From positions 320,001-384,000 of the forward strand of contig JBMNJG010000012.1 of the NCBI GenBank assembly GCA_050951545.1: a DNA stretch of 64,000 bases. The letters run 5' to 3'. Below are positions 51,844 to 60,102 of the stretch, in pieces. The notes under the pieces were generated by a model. The model saw nothing but the letters and a program-made list of their open reading frames with translations, was not told the origin of the DNA and searched no databases. The position numbers and the translations under genes are program-made. The stretch's first letter is position 1, and every line of letters starts with the position of its first letter. The DNA comes from Limnochordia bacterium (lineage in GTDB: Bacteria; Bacillota; Limnochordia; DTU080).

Positions 51844-52830
51844 TTAGTAACGAATAAGCTCACGTAGAGAAACCTCCAACTGCCTTTCGCCCGGCAGTAG
51901 CTCCGCTTCCACCAAGTGATTGTACGGCATCGTCGGGATATCGGGAGACCCAAGGCGTTTTACTGGGGCATCGAGATAGAGGAAGCACTGGTCGGCTACG
52001 AGGGCCGCTACTTCGCCCCCTATCCCTCCAGTGAGATTGTCCTCATGCGCGATGAGCAGCCTACCCGTTTTCCTGACAGAGTGAACGATGGTAGCCTCGT
52101 CCATGGGGCGCAGGGTCCTTAGATCAAGCACTTCCACCGACATCCCTTCGAGTGCTAGACGCTGCGCCACTGCCAAAGCGTCATGGACCATCATCCCATA
52201 GGTGACGACTGTGGCCTGGGTGCCTTCCTGCTTGATGTCCGCCACCCCGATTGGCAGCATATGGTCATCGCAGTCGGGAACCTCACCTTTGATGGCCCGA
52301 TAGGAGCGCTTATGCTCGAGGAAAAGAACCGGGTCAGGATCATCAATAGCGGCCGCTAACAGCCCCGCCATGTCGTACGGTGTGCAGGGCGCCACGATTT
52401 TTAGGCCGGGTGTGCTGAAGAAGAGGGCTTCGACACTTTGCGAATGATAGAGACCTCCGGCGATCCCCGCGCCGTAGGGCACTCGGATGACCAAGGGGCA
52501 TGCATAGCCATTGTTAGAACGATAGCGGATCTTGGCCGCTTCATTGATGATCTGGTCGACAGCAGAATGGATGAAGTCTGCAAACTGGATTTCCACGACT
52601 GGCCGTAGCCCGGCCATGGCGGCCCCCACCGCAATACCCACGATGCCTGATTCCGCCAATGGGGTGTCAATGACCCTGTGCTCGCCAAATTCCTCTATCA
52701 GACCCTCAGTCGCGTGAAACACACCACCCGCTCGCCCTACATCCTCGCCTAACACGATCATGCTCGGGTCGCGTCGCATCCTGGCCATGAGCGTGTCACG
52801 CACCGTCTCGATCATGTTCTTCGCTGTCAT
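51844..52830 (-). CDS. bkdA2: 2-oxoacid dehydrogenase E1 beta (branched-chain type)
   Basis: GEDVG, DTPLAESG, EIQFADF, EAAKIRYRSN, YHSQS. Confidence 0.9.
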   Translation of the reverse strand: MTAKNMIETVRDTLMARMRRDPSMIVLGEDVGRAGGVFHATEGLIEEFGEHRVIDTPLAESGIVGIAVGAAMAGLRPVVEIQFADFIHSAVDQIINEAAKIRYRSNNGYACPLVIRVPYGAGIAGGLYHSQSVEALFFSTPGLKIVAPCTPYDMAGLLAAAIDDPDPVLFLEHKRSYRAIKGEVPDCDDHMLPIGVADIKQEGTQATVVTYGMMVHDALAVAQRLALEGMSVEVLDLRTLRPMDEATIVHSVRKTGRLLIAHEDNLTGGIGGEVAALVADQCFLYLDAPVKRLGSPDIPTMPYNHLVEAELLPGERQLEVSLRELIRY

Positions 52831-53834
52831 GGCGCGTCCCCCTCTGCGTAAACGAATCGACATGCAGCCTCGGGGGTGAGCTCAGGCGCAGCCGCGGCTT
52901 GCTCTGCAGCCTCCGCCACCTCATCATGAATCTGCTTCTCCCACTGTTTTGCTTCGGGTTCGCTCAGCAAGCCCTGTGATAGCAGGTAGTCGCGAAAACG
53001 CAGGAGAGGATCTTTGGCCTGCCATTGCTCCACTTCAGAGCGTGTCCGATAGCGTCGATCGTCATCGTTTGAGGTGTGGGGTGCGAGACGATAGGTCTTG
53101 GCTTCCAGGAGTGTTGGACCGTCTCCTCGTCGAGCCCGTTCGACTGCCGCGCGAGTTGCCTCGTAAACAGCTAGAACGTCGTTGCCGTCCACTGATACCC
53201 CCGGAAATCCGTAGGCTGCAGCCCGATCGGCAACATTAGCGACCGGAGACTGCCGCGAAAAAGGCACTGAAATGGCGTATTGGTTGTTTTGGCAGAAGAA
53301 GACCACTGGCAGGCGGTGTATACCCGCAAAGCTGAGAGCCTCATGGAAATCGCCCTTGCTACTAGCGCCGTCGCCAAAGCACACCAGAGCCACGGCGTCT
53401 TCGCCAGTGAGCCGCGCCGCCAGAGCACACCCCACAGCGTGTGGCAGTTGCGTGGCCACCACGCTTGAGCTGCTCACAATACGCAACCGAGGATTACTCC
53501 AGTGCTTTGGCATCTGGCGGCCACCGCTGTTGGGGTCATCCGCCTTGGCGAACTCCCCCAGGAAAAGCTCGTAGCAGCTGACACCTAACGTGAGCACCAT
53601 CGCTGTGTCACGGTAGTAGGGCAAGACCCAGTCAATACCTGGGCGTAGGGCCCAGGCCGCACCTACTTGCGCTGCTTCGTGGCCCTGTCCCCCTACGGTG
53701 AAACTCACTTTCCCCTGACGAACGAGTACAGAAGCCCGTTCATCTACAGCCCGAGCCACAAGCAAGAGGCGATACATTCGGCGTACATCATCGTCGCTGA
53801 GATCTAGCTCTTGATGACGCAACTGCTCTGACAC
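52827..53834 (-). CDS. bkdA1: 2-oxoacid dehydrogenase E1 alpha (branched-chain type)
   Basis: GHEAAQVG, YYRD, SGGRQMPKH, FGDGA..GDFHE, NNQYAIS, HTSNDD. Confidence 0.9.
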   Translation of the reverse strand: MSEQLRHQELDLSDDDVRRMYRLLLVARAVDERASVLVRQGKVSFTVGGQGHEAAQVGAAWALRPGIDWVLPYYRDTAMVLTLGVSCYELFLGEFAKADDPNSGGRQMPKHWSNPRLRIVSSSSVVATQLPHAVGCALAARLTGEDAVALVCFGDGASSKGDFHEALSFAGIHRLPVVFFCQNNQYAISVPFSRQSPVANVADRAAAYGFPGVSVDGNDVLAVYEATRAAVERARRGDGPTLLEAKTYRLAPHTSNDDDRRYRTRSEVEQWQAKDPLLRFRDYLLSQGLLSEPEAKQWEKQIHDEVAEAAEQAAAAPELTPEAACRFVYAEGDAP

Positions 53835-53850
53835 GAGAACTCCTCCCTAC

Positions 53851-54390
53851 TTACCGCCAGTTAAAGGTGTTTACAGCCTTTATCCAGTAGCGTCTTGTAT
53901 CGCCAGCGTAGTCCTTTTCGTTACACCACAACTCCAGAGCGACAGCGTCGGCTCCCTTAAGATAAACGACGAGGCGGATCATGGCCGTAGCGCCTGCAGG
54001 AGTCTGTCCGGTCGCGACAAGGAACTTGGCTTTCACCCCACGGGAGGTGGTGATATCGCTCTCCTCTGTCACTTTGACGTTGGATAGTACGTGTTGCCAG
54101 CGTCCGAGTACGGCCTGCTTGATACCCGCGTAGCCTCCTCTGACCTTAGCTACAGAGCTCACCCGCATAGTGGGCCCTTCTTTTTTCAGTGTGATATCCA
54201 GTGAGCGTTCCTGAAAGATGTGTTTCGGAGCGTAAGACTCGGCCTTGGCAGGCACGAACATCTCATACTTAGGACCATCATCCCAGTACCACCAGTACTC
54301 CGCGTCTTCCGAAAGGTAGTATTCCCCGGCCTGTGCCGCCGTTGCGGTCAGCACCACAAGGACCAGCGCCAACGCTGCGCGCTGTCGCAT
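53851..54390 (-). CDS. secreted hypothetical protein
   Basis: Signal peptide MRQRAALALVLVVLTATAAQA; ATG 54390 with GGAGG RBS. Confidence 0.7.
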   Translation of the reverse strand: MRQRAALALVLVVLTATAAQAGEYYLSEDAEYWWYWDDGPKYEMFVPAKAESYAPKHIFQERSLDITLKKEGPTMRVSSVAKVRGGYAGIKQAVLGRWQHVLSNVKVTEESDITTSRGVKAKFLVATGQTPAGATAMIRLVVYLKGADAVALELWCNEKDYAGDTRRYWIKAVNTFNWR

Positions 54391-54627
54391 CTTCTCATCC
54401 TCCAATACATTGGATAGTGCAAGTTCTTCCATGACAAGCCACGCGTGTCCTGCCAGCATCGCTGCCGTTGACATGTGCCTTTTCATGCTACCCTTCTGCC
54501 AGGGGTTCAAACCCTCCGTACACGCCACTTCCGAGGCAAGGCGCGTGTGGTGGACAGATCTGGAGTGCATACTAGTCTCAGACATAGATCACCATCAGAA
54601 GAGAGGACTAGAAGGAGGCAGAACGCG

Positions 54628-54903
54628 TTGTCCCAGCTGACACAGCGAGAGTTTCTCTTTCTGGACGATGCTCTGCACGCGACGCAGGTGGGGAGCAAGT
54701 GCTTTGCCGATATGGCTCAGCGCTGCCAGGAGCCCGCACTTCGTGAGCTGTGCACAAACCTCGCCCAGATGCATCAGCGTCATTTCGAGCGACTAACACG
54801 TTACGTGAGTACTGGACAGGGAGAGTCCCAGCAGTCTCAGTGGATGCAAGGCCAACCAGCATACGTGAGCCCGTATGCAACCCAAACCGTCGGAAGTAGC
54901 TAG
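54628..54903 (+). CDS. small ferritin-like spore coat-associated protein
   Basis: LTQREFLFLDDAL..KC..A..CQEP.LR..C..A..H..HF..L; TTG start with AAGGAGG RBS. Confidence 0.7.
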   Translation: MSQLTQREFLFLDDALHATQVGSKCFADMAQRCQEPALRELCTNLAQMHQRHFERLTRYVSTGQGESQQSQWMQGQPAYVSPYATQTVGSS

Positions 54904-54915
54904 GGGCGTTAGGAG

Positions 54916-55308
54916 GTGTCGACCATCTTGACGGAGAAAGATCTTCTTTCCTCTGGTTTGCTGACAATCAAGCATATGGCCATGCTCTATAACGATGTGG
55001 CCAGTCAGACCGATGACCCGAAGCTTGCCCAAGAGATGTGCGAGATGATCAATGAAGAACACCATGCACGTATCCGGGTGTTCGAGGCTATGCGCCAAAG
55101 AGGCTGGTACAACCCTAAGCCGATAGGTGAACAGCAGCTGCGTCAGACGCAACAGCAGCTGGCGCAGACCAGCCAGAACCAACAGTCCTGGAGCGGCACA
55201 CAGAGTACTGCTTGGCAGCAGCAGGCAAGCACCCAACAGCCATACGCTTGGCAGGGTCAAACACCCTGGCCCGGCATGACGCAATCAGCCAACCGTCCGT
55301 CGCAGTAA
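54916..55308 (+). CDS. Coat F domain spore coat protein with a Gln-rich tail
   Basis: LTEKDLL..L...K.....Y....Q..DP.L, F..M..RGWY. Confidence 0.78.
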   Translation: MSTILTEKDLLSSGLLTIKHMAMLYNDVASQTDDPKLAQEMCEMINEEHHARIRVFEAMRQRGWYNPKPIGEQQLRQTQQQLAQTSQNQQSWSGTQSTAWQQQASTQQPYAWQGQTPWPGMTQSANRPSQ

Positions 55309-55312
55309 GAAC

Positions 55313-55339
55313 CGGGGCGCCATCAGCGATGGCGCCCTG
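55313..55339. terminator. hairpin between convergent genes
   Basis: GGGCGCCATC-AGC-GATGGCGCCC. Confidence 0.65.
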
Positions 55340-56669
55340 TGTTAGCGCGTATCCAACGACCACTCGGTTTGCCCACTGGTTCGCCATCGCGAGCGACGAG
55401 TCGGCCCCGCAAGAGGGTCGCCACTGGGGCTCCCTGCCCTCGCCAACCCACAAATGGGGTGCTGCGCGCCAGACTATGCAGCTGCTCAGTCTCAATGCAC
55501 CAGTGCTTCGAGAGGTCAACCATCACGATATCAGCCCAAGCACCCGGACGTAGATGCCCTTTGCCCTGGAGACTGAAGATGGTGGCCGGGTTCGCACAGC
55601 AACAGCGCACAATGTCGCACAGGCTGCATCTTCCCTGACGCACCGCTTCCAGCATCAGTGGCAGCAGAGTCTCCACGCCTAGGGCACCCCCAGGGGCTTC
55701 CCAGACGCCACTCTCCTTCTCACTGGCCAGGTGCGGCGCATGATCCGTGGCGATAATATCAAGCACGCCAGAGCGAAGCCCGTACCATAGCTGATCTTGA
55801 TCATCTTGGTGACGCACAGGTGGTAACACCTTCATGGCCGGGCCTATGGTTGGGAAATCCTCGGCCGTCAAGAACAGATAGGGCGGACAAGTCTCAGCTG
55901 TAACTGGCCAACCGATCGCCTTGGCCTGCCTTATCACCTCTACTGCCTCGGCCAGACTCACATGGGCGATGTGCACGGCTGCTCCAGTATGCCCGGCAAG
56001 GCGACAGATGCTTGCTGTCGTTGACACTTCCCCGAACTCCGGACGGGAAGCTAGCAGATGGCGATAATCATCACCATGGCTCTTAGCGCGAGGGGTCCAG
56101 TACTCGATCACGTCGCGCTCTTCTGCATGAACCACGAGCGGCAGGCGCGTGTCGGCCAACATGGCACAGACATCCAGGAGCTCTCCCCACCCCGGAGCCT
56201 GCAGATCCCCCGTTGTCGGCCCCAAAAACAGCTTGAAGCCCACGCTGCCTGCTTCGATGATTCTCTGTAGCTCGCGAGCAGACCCCGGAGTCAGTGCAGC
56301 AAAGAGCCCCACATCAACCTGGGCTTGGTCCTCGATCAGCTGGCCCTTGCTGACCAGCGTCTCAGCGTCGACAACTGGCGGGAGCGTGTTGGGCATGTCT
56401 AAGACGGTGGTTACACCAGCGCAAGCAGCTGCCCTAGTTCCGGTAGCAATCGTCTCTTTGTGCACGAGACCCGGCTCGCGCAGATGCACATGCGCATCGA
56501 TGAGACCTGGCAACACATACAGGCCATCTGCATCTATGACCTCCTGTGCTGAGCATGCCTGCCCAGGGGCCAAGAGCTTCGCGATCATGCCGTCACTTAC
56601 GCCGACGTCAGCTTTGAAGAGAGCACGGGGAGTGACAAGCGTCCCTCCCCGTATGAGGAGATCGACCAC
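55323..56669 (-). CDS. cyclic amidohydrolase (dihydroorotase/allantoinase family)
   Basis: DAHVHLREPG, DMPNT, GFKLF, VHAE, HIAHVS, PPVR, ATDHAPH. Confidence 0.9.
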   Translation of the reverse strand: MVDLLIRGGTLVTPRALFKADVGVSDGMIAKLLAPGQACSAQEVIDADGLYVLPGLIDAHVHLREPGLVHKETIATGTRAAACAGVTTVLDMPNTLPPVVDAETLVSKGQLIEDQAQVDVGLFAALTPGSARELQRIIEAGSVGFKLFLGPTTGDLQAPGWGELLDVCAMLADTRLPLVVHAEERDVIEYWTPRAKSHGDDYRHLLASRPEFGEVSTTASICRLAGHTGAAVHIAHVSLAEAVEVIRQAKAIGWPVTAETCPPYLFLTAEDFPTIGPAMKVLPPVRHQDDQDQLWYGLRSGVLDIIATDHAPHLASEKESGVWEAPGGALGVETLLPLMLEAVRQGRCSLCDIVRCCCANPATIFSLQGKGHLRPGAWADIVMVDLSKHWCIETEQLHSLARSTPFVGWRGQGAPVATLLRGRLVARDGEPVGKPSGRWIRANTGRHR

Positions 56670-57994
56670 TACTTCCGCTCCTTAGTGCAACCATTGTGGC
56701 ACAGTGATCGCGCAGGAATGTCTTGAGCCACTACTGCAGGCAGGCCCGGCTGGCCAGCAACCGCCCGCTCGTACTGCTGCGGCTCGGCAAAGTGGCTATC
56801 ATGGTGCAGCAGACCTGCAACCCCCCGCTGAGGGGTAGCCTCCTGGCAGTAACGGCACGTCTTTGGATCATGGGTTTCCCCACGCTCCGGTTCAGGGTAT
56901 GAGACCACGCGTCCTTCGTAGTTGCGCAGCACCGTTCTGCTGGGGGATTGGGATAGCACGTAGTTGGGTGCTACTGGGATCTTGCCCCCTCCACCGGGGG
57001 CGTCGACCACAAAAGTGGGTACCGCGTATCCCGAAACATGCCCTCGTAGATGCTCGATGATCTCAATCCCCTTGGATACAGGGGTGCGGAAACGCTCAAG
57101 CCCTTCGGATAGATCACACTGATAGAGGTAGTACGGCCGGACACGCGTCTTGACCAGAAGCTGGACGAGTTTCCTCTGGATGTTCACGCAGTCATTGACA
57201 CCGCGCAGCAGAACCGTCTGATTCCCCAAGGGTATGCCAGCATCACTGAGGTGCCCGCACGCGGCCACCGCCTCTGGAGTCAGTTCCTGTGGATGGTTGA
57301 AGTGTGTGTTGACCCAGATCGGATGGTACTTACGCAGTGTTTCACATAGCTCTCGTGTGATGCGGAAGGGGTTCGTCACAGGCATGCGCGTCCCGATGCG
57401 AATCACTTCCACGTGGGGAATCTCCCGAAGCCGACTCAGAAGGTAGTCCAGACGGGTATCCGAGAGGGAGAGCGGATCGCCACCAGACACTAGCACGTCG
57501 CGAATTGCTGGTGTCGAACGAATGTACTCAAGAGCTTTCTCAAGTGCAGCCTTGGGAATGCCCCCCTCTTGCGCACCAACCAGGCGCCGACGAGTGCAAT
57601 GACGGCAGTAGGTCGCACACATCTCAGTCACTAGAAGGAGAACGCGATCGGGGTAGCGATGGGTAACAAAAGGCACTGGCGAATCGGCATCCTCATGCAG
57701 AGGGTCGTGCAGATCGTAAGAGCCTAGCGTTCCCTCCTGATCGACAGGGACAGCCTGTAGACGGATGGGGCACTGCGCATTGTCCGGATCCATCAGCAGC
57801 GCGTAGTAAGGCGTGATACCAACTGCAAAAGCACCATGGGCATAGGTGATCCCCGCCTCCTCGGCTGGGGTAAGGTTGATCACCTGGCTCAGCTCCTCAC
57901 AGGCGCCCAGGCGGTGGCGCATCTGCCATCTCCAGTCTTGCCACATGTCGGAAGGTACCTCCCGCCATAGCGAGATCTCCCGATAATCGCGCAT
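56669..57994 (-). CDS. kamA: lysine 2,3-aminomutase (KamA family radical SAM)
   Basis: THRYPDRV, CATYCRHCTRRR, SGGDPL, RIGTRMP, HFNHP, NQTVLL, DAPGGGGKIP, RNYEG; ATG 57994 with GGGAG RBS. Confidence 0.92.
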   Translation of the reverse strand: MRDYREISLWREVPSDMWQDWRWQMRHRLGACEELSQVINLTPAEEAGITYAHGAFAVGITPYYALLMDPDNAQCPIRLQAVPVDQEGTLGSYDLHDPLHEDADSPVPFVTHRYPDRVLLLVTEMCATYCRHCTRRRLVGAQEGGIPKAALEKALEYIRSTPAIRDVLVSGGDPLSLSDTRLDYLLSRLREIPHVEVIRIGTRMPVTNPFRITRELCETLRKYHPIWVNTHFNHPQELTPEAVAACGHLSDAGIPLGNQTVLLRGVNDCVNIQRKLVQLLVKTRVRPYYLYQCDLSEGLERFRTPVSKGIEIIEHLRGHVSGYAVPTFVVDAPGGGGKIPVAPNYVLSQSPSRTVLRNYEGRVVSYPEPERGETHDPKTCRYCQEATPQRGVAGLLHHDSHFAEPQQYERAVAGQPGLPAVVAQDIPARSLCHNGCTKERK

Positions 57995-58006
57995 GATATA
58001 CGTATC

Positions 58007-58107
58007 ACTCCCGTAAGCGGGCATGTCGGCGGCCCGCGATTTTCCTCAGTGATCGTGTCGGCAGCTGCTCTCGGTGTTCGCCGCTTGTGACACAAGCTTC
58101 TTACCGA
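58007..58107. repeat. long copy of repeat family A
   Basis: ACTCCC..GCGGGCATGTCGGCGGCC..GATTT..GTGTCGGCAGCTGCTCTCGGTGTTCGC..TGTGAC..AGCTTCTTACCGA; aligns with 28912-29005. Confidence 0.85.
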
Positions 58108-58127
58108 TGGTATACGCTGCGGCGAAC

Positions 58128-59549
58128 TTATGATACGGCCACTGGTAACATCACAGCTTCGGTCATGCCGTGGATCGCTTTTTTGTTGAGCGGCACAACC
58201 GTGGCCAAAATGCCAGCCAGGACAGGGCTGCCACCTACTACGTAGTAATAGGGACAGAGTCGTGCCCGTCCGTGCATCCTACGTATGGCCCCCACCTCAA
58301 AGTCATAGTACGAAACAGTCAGCTTCCGTCCTTTGTGGAACTCCTGCAGAATATGCGGCGTTTGCTCAAAGGCCCCAAGGGCCTTGTCGATAATGGCCTC
58401 CCACTCCTGTGAGGAGACATCGTGGCCAATGGTCACTCCTCTGCTTCCCCAGGCTTCTGGCGAGAAGCCGGAAGGCTTTATCACCAGTTGGCGTTCGCGC
58501 TGCGTCGCACGGGACAGCTGTCGAAAATCCGTGACGGGTGAACCGCTCAGCGTCAGATGCGGAATCACCGCATGTGGTGGCAGCGGCCGCTTATCCATTA
58601 TCCAAGTCCGAGGAAGTACCTTCTGTAAAGACGCCAAGTCCTGTTCGCCTAACGCTTGGCGCCAGGTAGCAGAGAGCACTGGATGGTCCAACAGCGCAAA
58701 CAGAAGCTTCTCCTCCAGATAGCTCTTGAGTGGGGGAGAGACCGCCACCATCTCCTTGCGGATAGCATACAGGATCAGATCGATCTGTGGAATGTTTTTC
58801 AGGTCAAACAACTCGAAGAATCGGTAGAGAATATCGATCCTCTCGCTGCCGAGTAGTAACCCATCGTCACAGAAGATGAGCTCCCTTGGATGACATACCT
58901 GGGTGCGCAGGCCCGTCTCAGTGAGCCGCTGCGCCAGCCACACCATCTCGCCACGGTAGTCATCAGACTCGTCGCTTACCGTGATGACCACGAAAGGATC
59001 GTCTACTTCTGGCCGCAACTGCCGCAGGGCGGCAGCAAAATGCCTGATGATGCCATCCGATCCCCCCACGAGCTCGAAGCCCATCTTCGTATACTGCTGC
59101 ATCAGAAAGGCTAGAAGCCCCATCCCTCCCGGCACGGAATCCAGTTCAGTCACTGCCAGCCCCTGGTCTGTGATCAGTACGTCTGGCCGTATCACAAGGG
59201 GCAGGTCTGTTCGGAAACGGTTGAGACGGGCGTACTCCAACACTCTCTCTGGCTTTCCTTGGTCAAGATACTCGTGGAAGAAGCTGGGGATGCTGCCCCT
59301 AACACTGCGCTGGTAGAGTTGATTGGCGGAAGCATAGAAAGCGTAAAACACCTCCCCCAACTCGTCGAGGGCCTTGACGGTCTCCTTGTCGACAAACAGC
59401 GGATCGGGTGAAAGCCGGAAGGTGCTGTTCTGCCCGGGATGCACTGCGCGTTGCGCACCCGCGAAAAGCTCAAGGCCCCCCATGGCCTTGTTTAGCTGCA
59501 ACACTCGTTCTCGCTGTGCGTCGCCGCCTTTATGGGCAGTTGATGACAT
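58128..59549 (-). CDS. uncharacterised ATP-grasp-like ligase (glutathione/glutathionylspermidine synthetase-like)
   Basis: IRPD..ELDSVPGG (RxD...ExN-like), YRFFE, EEK, LVIKP..WGSRGV.IG, ILQEF. Confidence 0.7.
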   Translation of the reverse strand: MSSTAHKGGDAQRERVLQLNKAMGGLELFAGAQRAVHPGQNSTFRLSPDPLFVDKETVKALDELGEVFYAFYASANQLYQRSVRGSIPSFFHEYLDQGKPERVLEYARLNRFRTDLPLVIRPDVLITDQGLAVTELDSVPGGMGLLAFLMQQYTKMGFELVGGSDGIIRHFAAALRQLRPEVDDPFVVITVSDESDDYRGEMVWLAQRLTETGLRTQVCHPRELIFCDDGLLLGSERIDILYRFFELFDLKNIPQIDLILYAIRKEMVAVSPPLKSYLEEKLLFALLDHPVLSATWRQALGEQDLASLQKVLPRTWIMDKRPLPPHAVIPHLTLSGSPVTDFRQLSRATQRERQLVIKPSGFSPEAWGSRGVTIGHDVSSQEWEAIIDKALGAFEQTPHILQEFHKGRKLTVSYYDFEVGAIRRMHGRARLCPYYYVVGGSPVLAGILATVVPLNKKAIHGMTEAVMLPVAVS

Positions 59550-59870
59550 TCAGTTGCCTCCTCTATGTGTCGGCACCGACCGAACCGCTGTTTGGACGAA
59601 TGGCGCCTGGGCTGATATCGTCTTAAGCTCAATGCCGTTGTCGGCGAAGGCCTTGGTGTTGACTCGACACTGAATCAGTGGGCCACTTTTCTCACCAATA
59701 ACCAGTCCTGCATCACGCAACACCTTCAGGTGGTGTGACAGGGTGGGCTGAGGAAGCCCCAGGTGACATGCCAGGTCACATACGCACCGCTCTTGATCTT
59801 GCAGGCTAGCGATAATCCGCAGCCGAGTTTCGTCCCCTAAGGCCTTGAATATGCGCACAAGATTGGGCAC
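59550..59870 (-). CDS. ArsR/SmtB family transcriptional repressor
   Basis: FKALGDETRLRI, ERCVCDL, QPTLSHHLKVL; stop codon abuts the next ATG. Confidence 0.93.
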   Translation of the reverse strand: MPNLVRIFKALGDETRLRIIASLQDQERCVCDLACHLGLPQPTLSHHLKVLRDAGLVIGEKSGPLIQCRVNTKAFADNGIELKTISAQAPFVQTAVRSVPTHRGGN

Positions 59871-59889
59871 AACCTACCCCCCACAGCTG

Positions 59890-59917
59890 ATCTATTCATA
59901 TGTAAGCATATGCAGAT
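59890..59917. promoter_or_regulatory. putative ArsR operator
   Basis: Imperfect inverted repeat ATCT-ATT-CATATG-TAAG-CATATG-C-AGAT just upstream of arsR. Confidence 0.5.
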
Positions 59918-60102
59918 ATTTGCCCATGCCAATGTATCAATACGCTCATGCTCGGTCACTATTCATCTCCACAGGGGGAGCCTCCTTCTTGTTCACGGAA
60001 AGTTTACGTTATACAGTAGGCCAAACCTCGACTCCAGATATGGTAGAGTAGTGGATAGAGTCTCGGCCGGGAAACTGCTGCTCGGCTACGGAGGAGCATC
60101 GC

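Noticed and set aside
56669-59549. EF-P beta-lysylation (epmA/epmB) or arsinothricin-type cluster
   Set aside because: The ligase lacks class II aaRS motifs and efp is absent; the radical SAM enzyme is a full-length KamA and no arsM or arsenic transporter is adjacent
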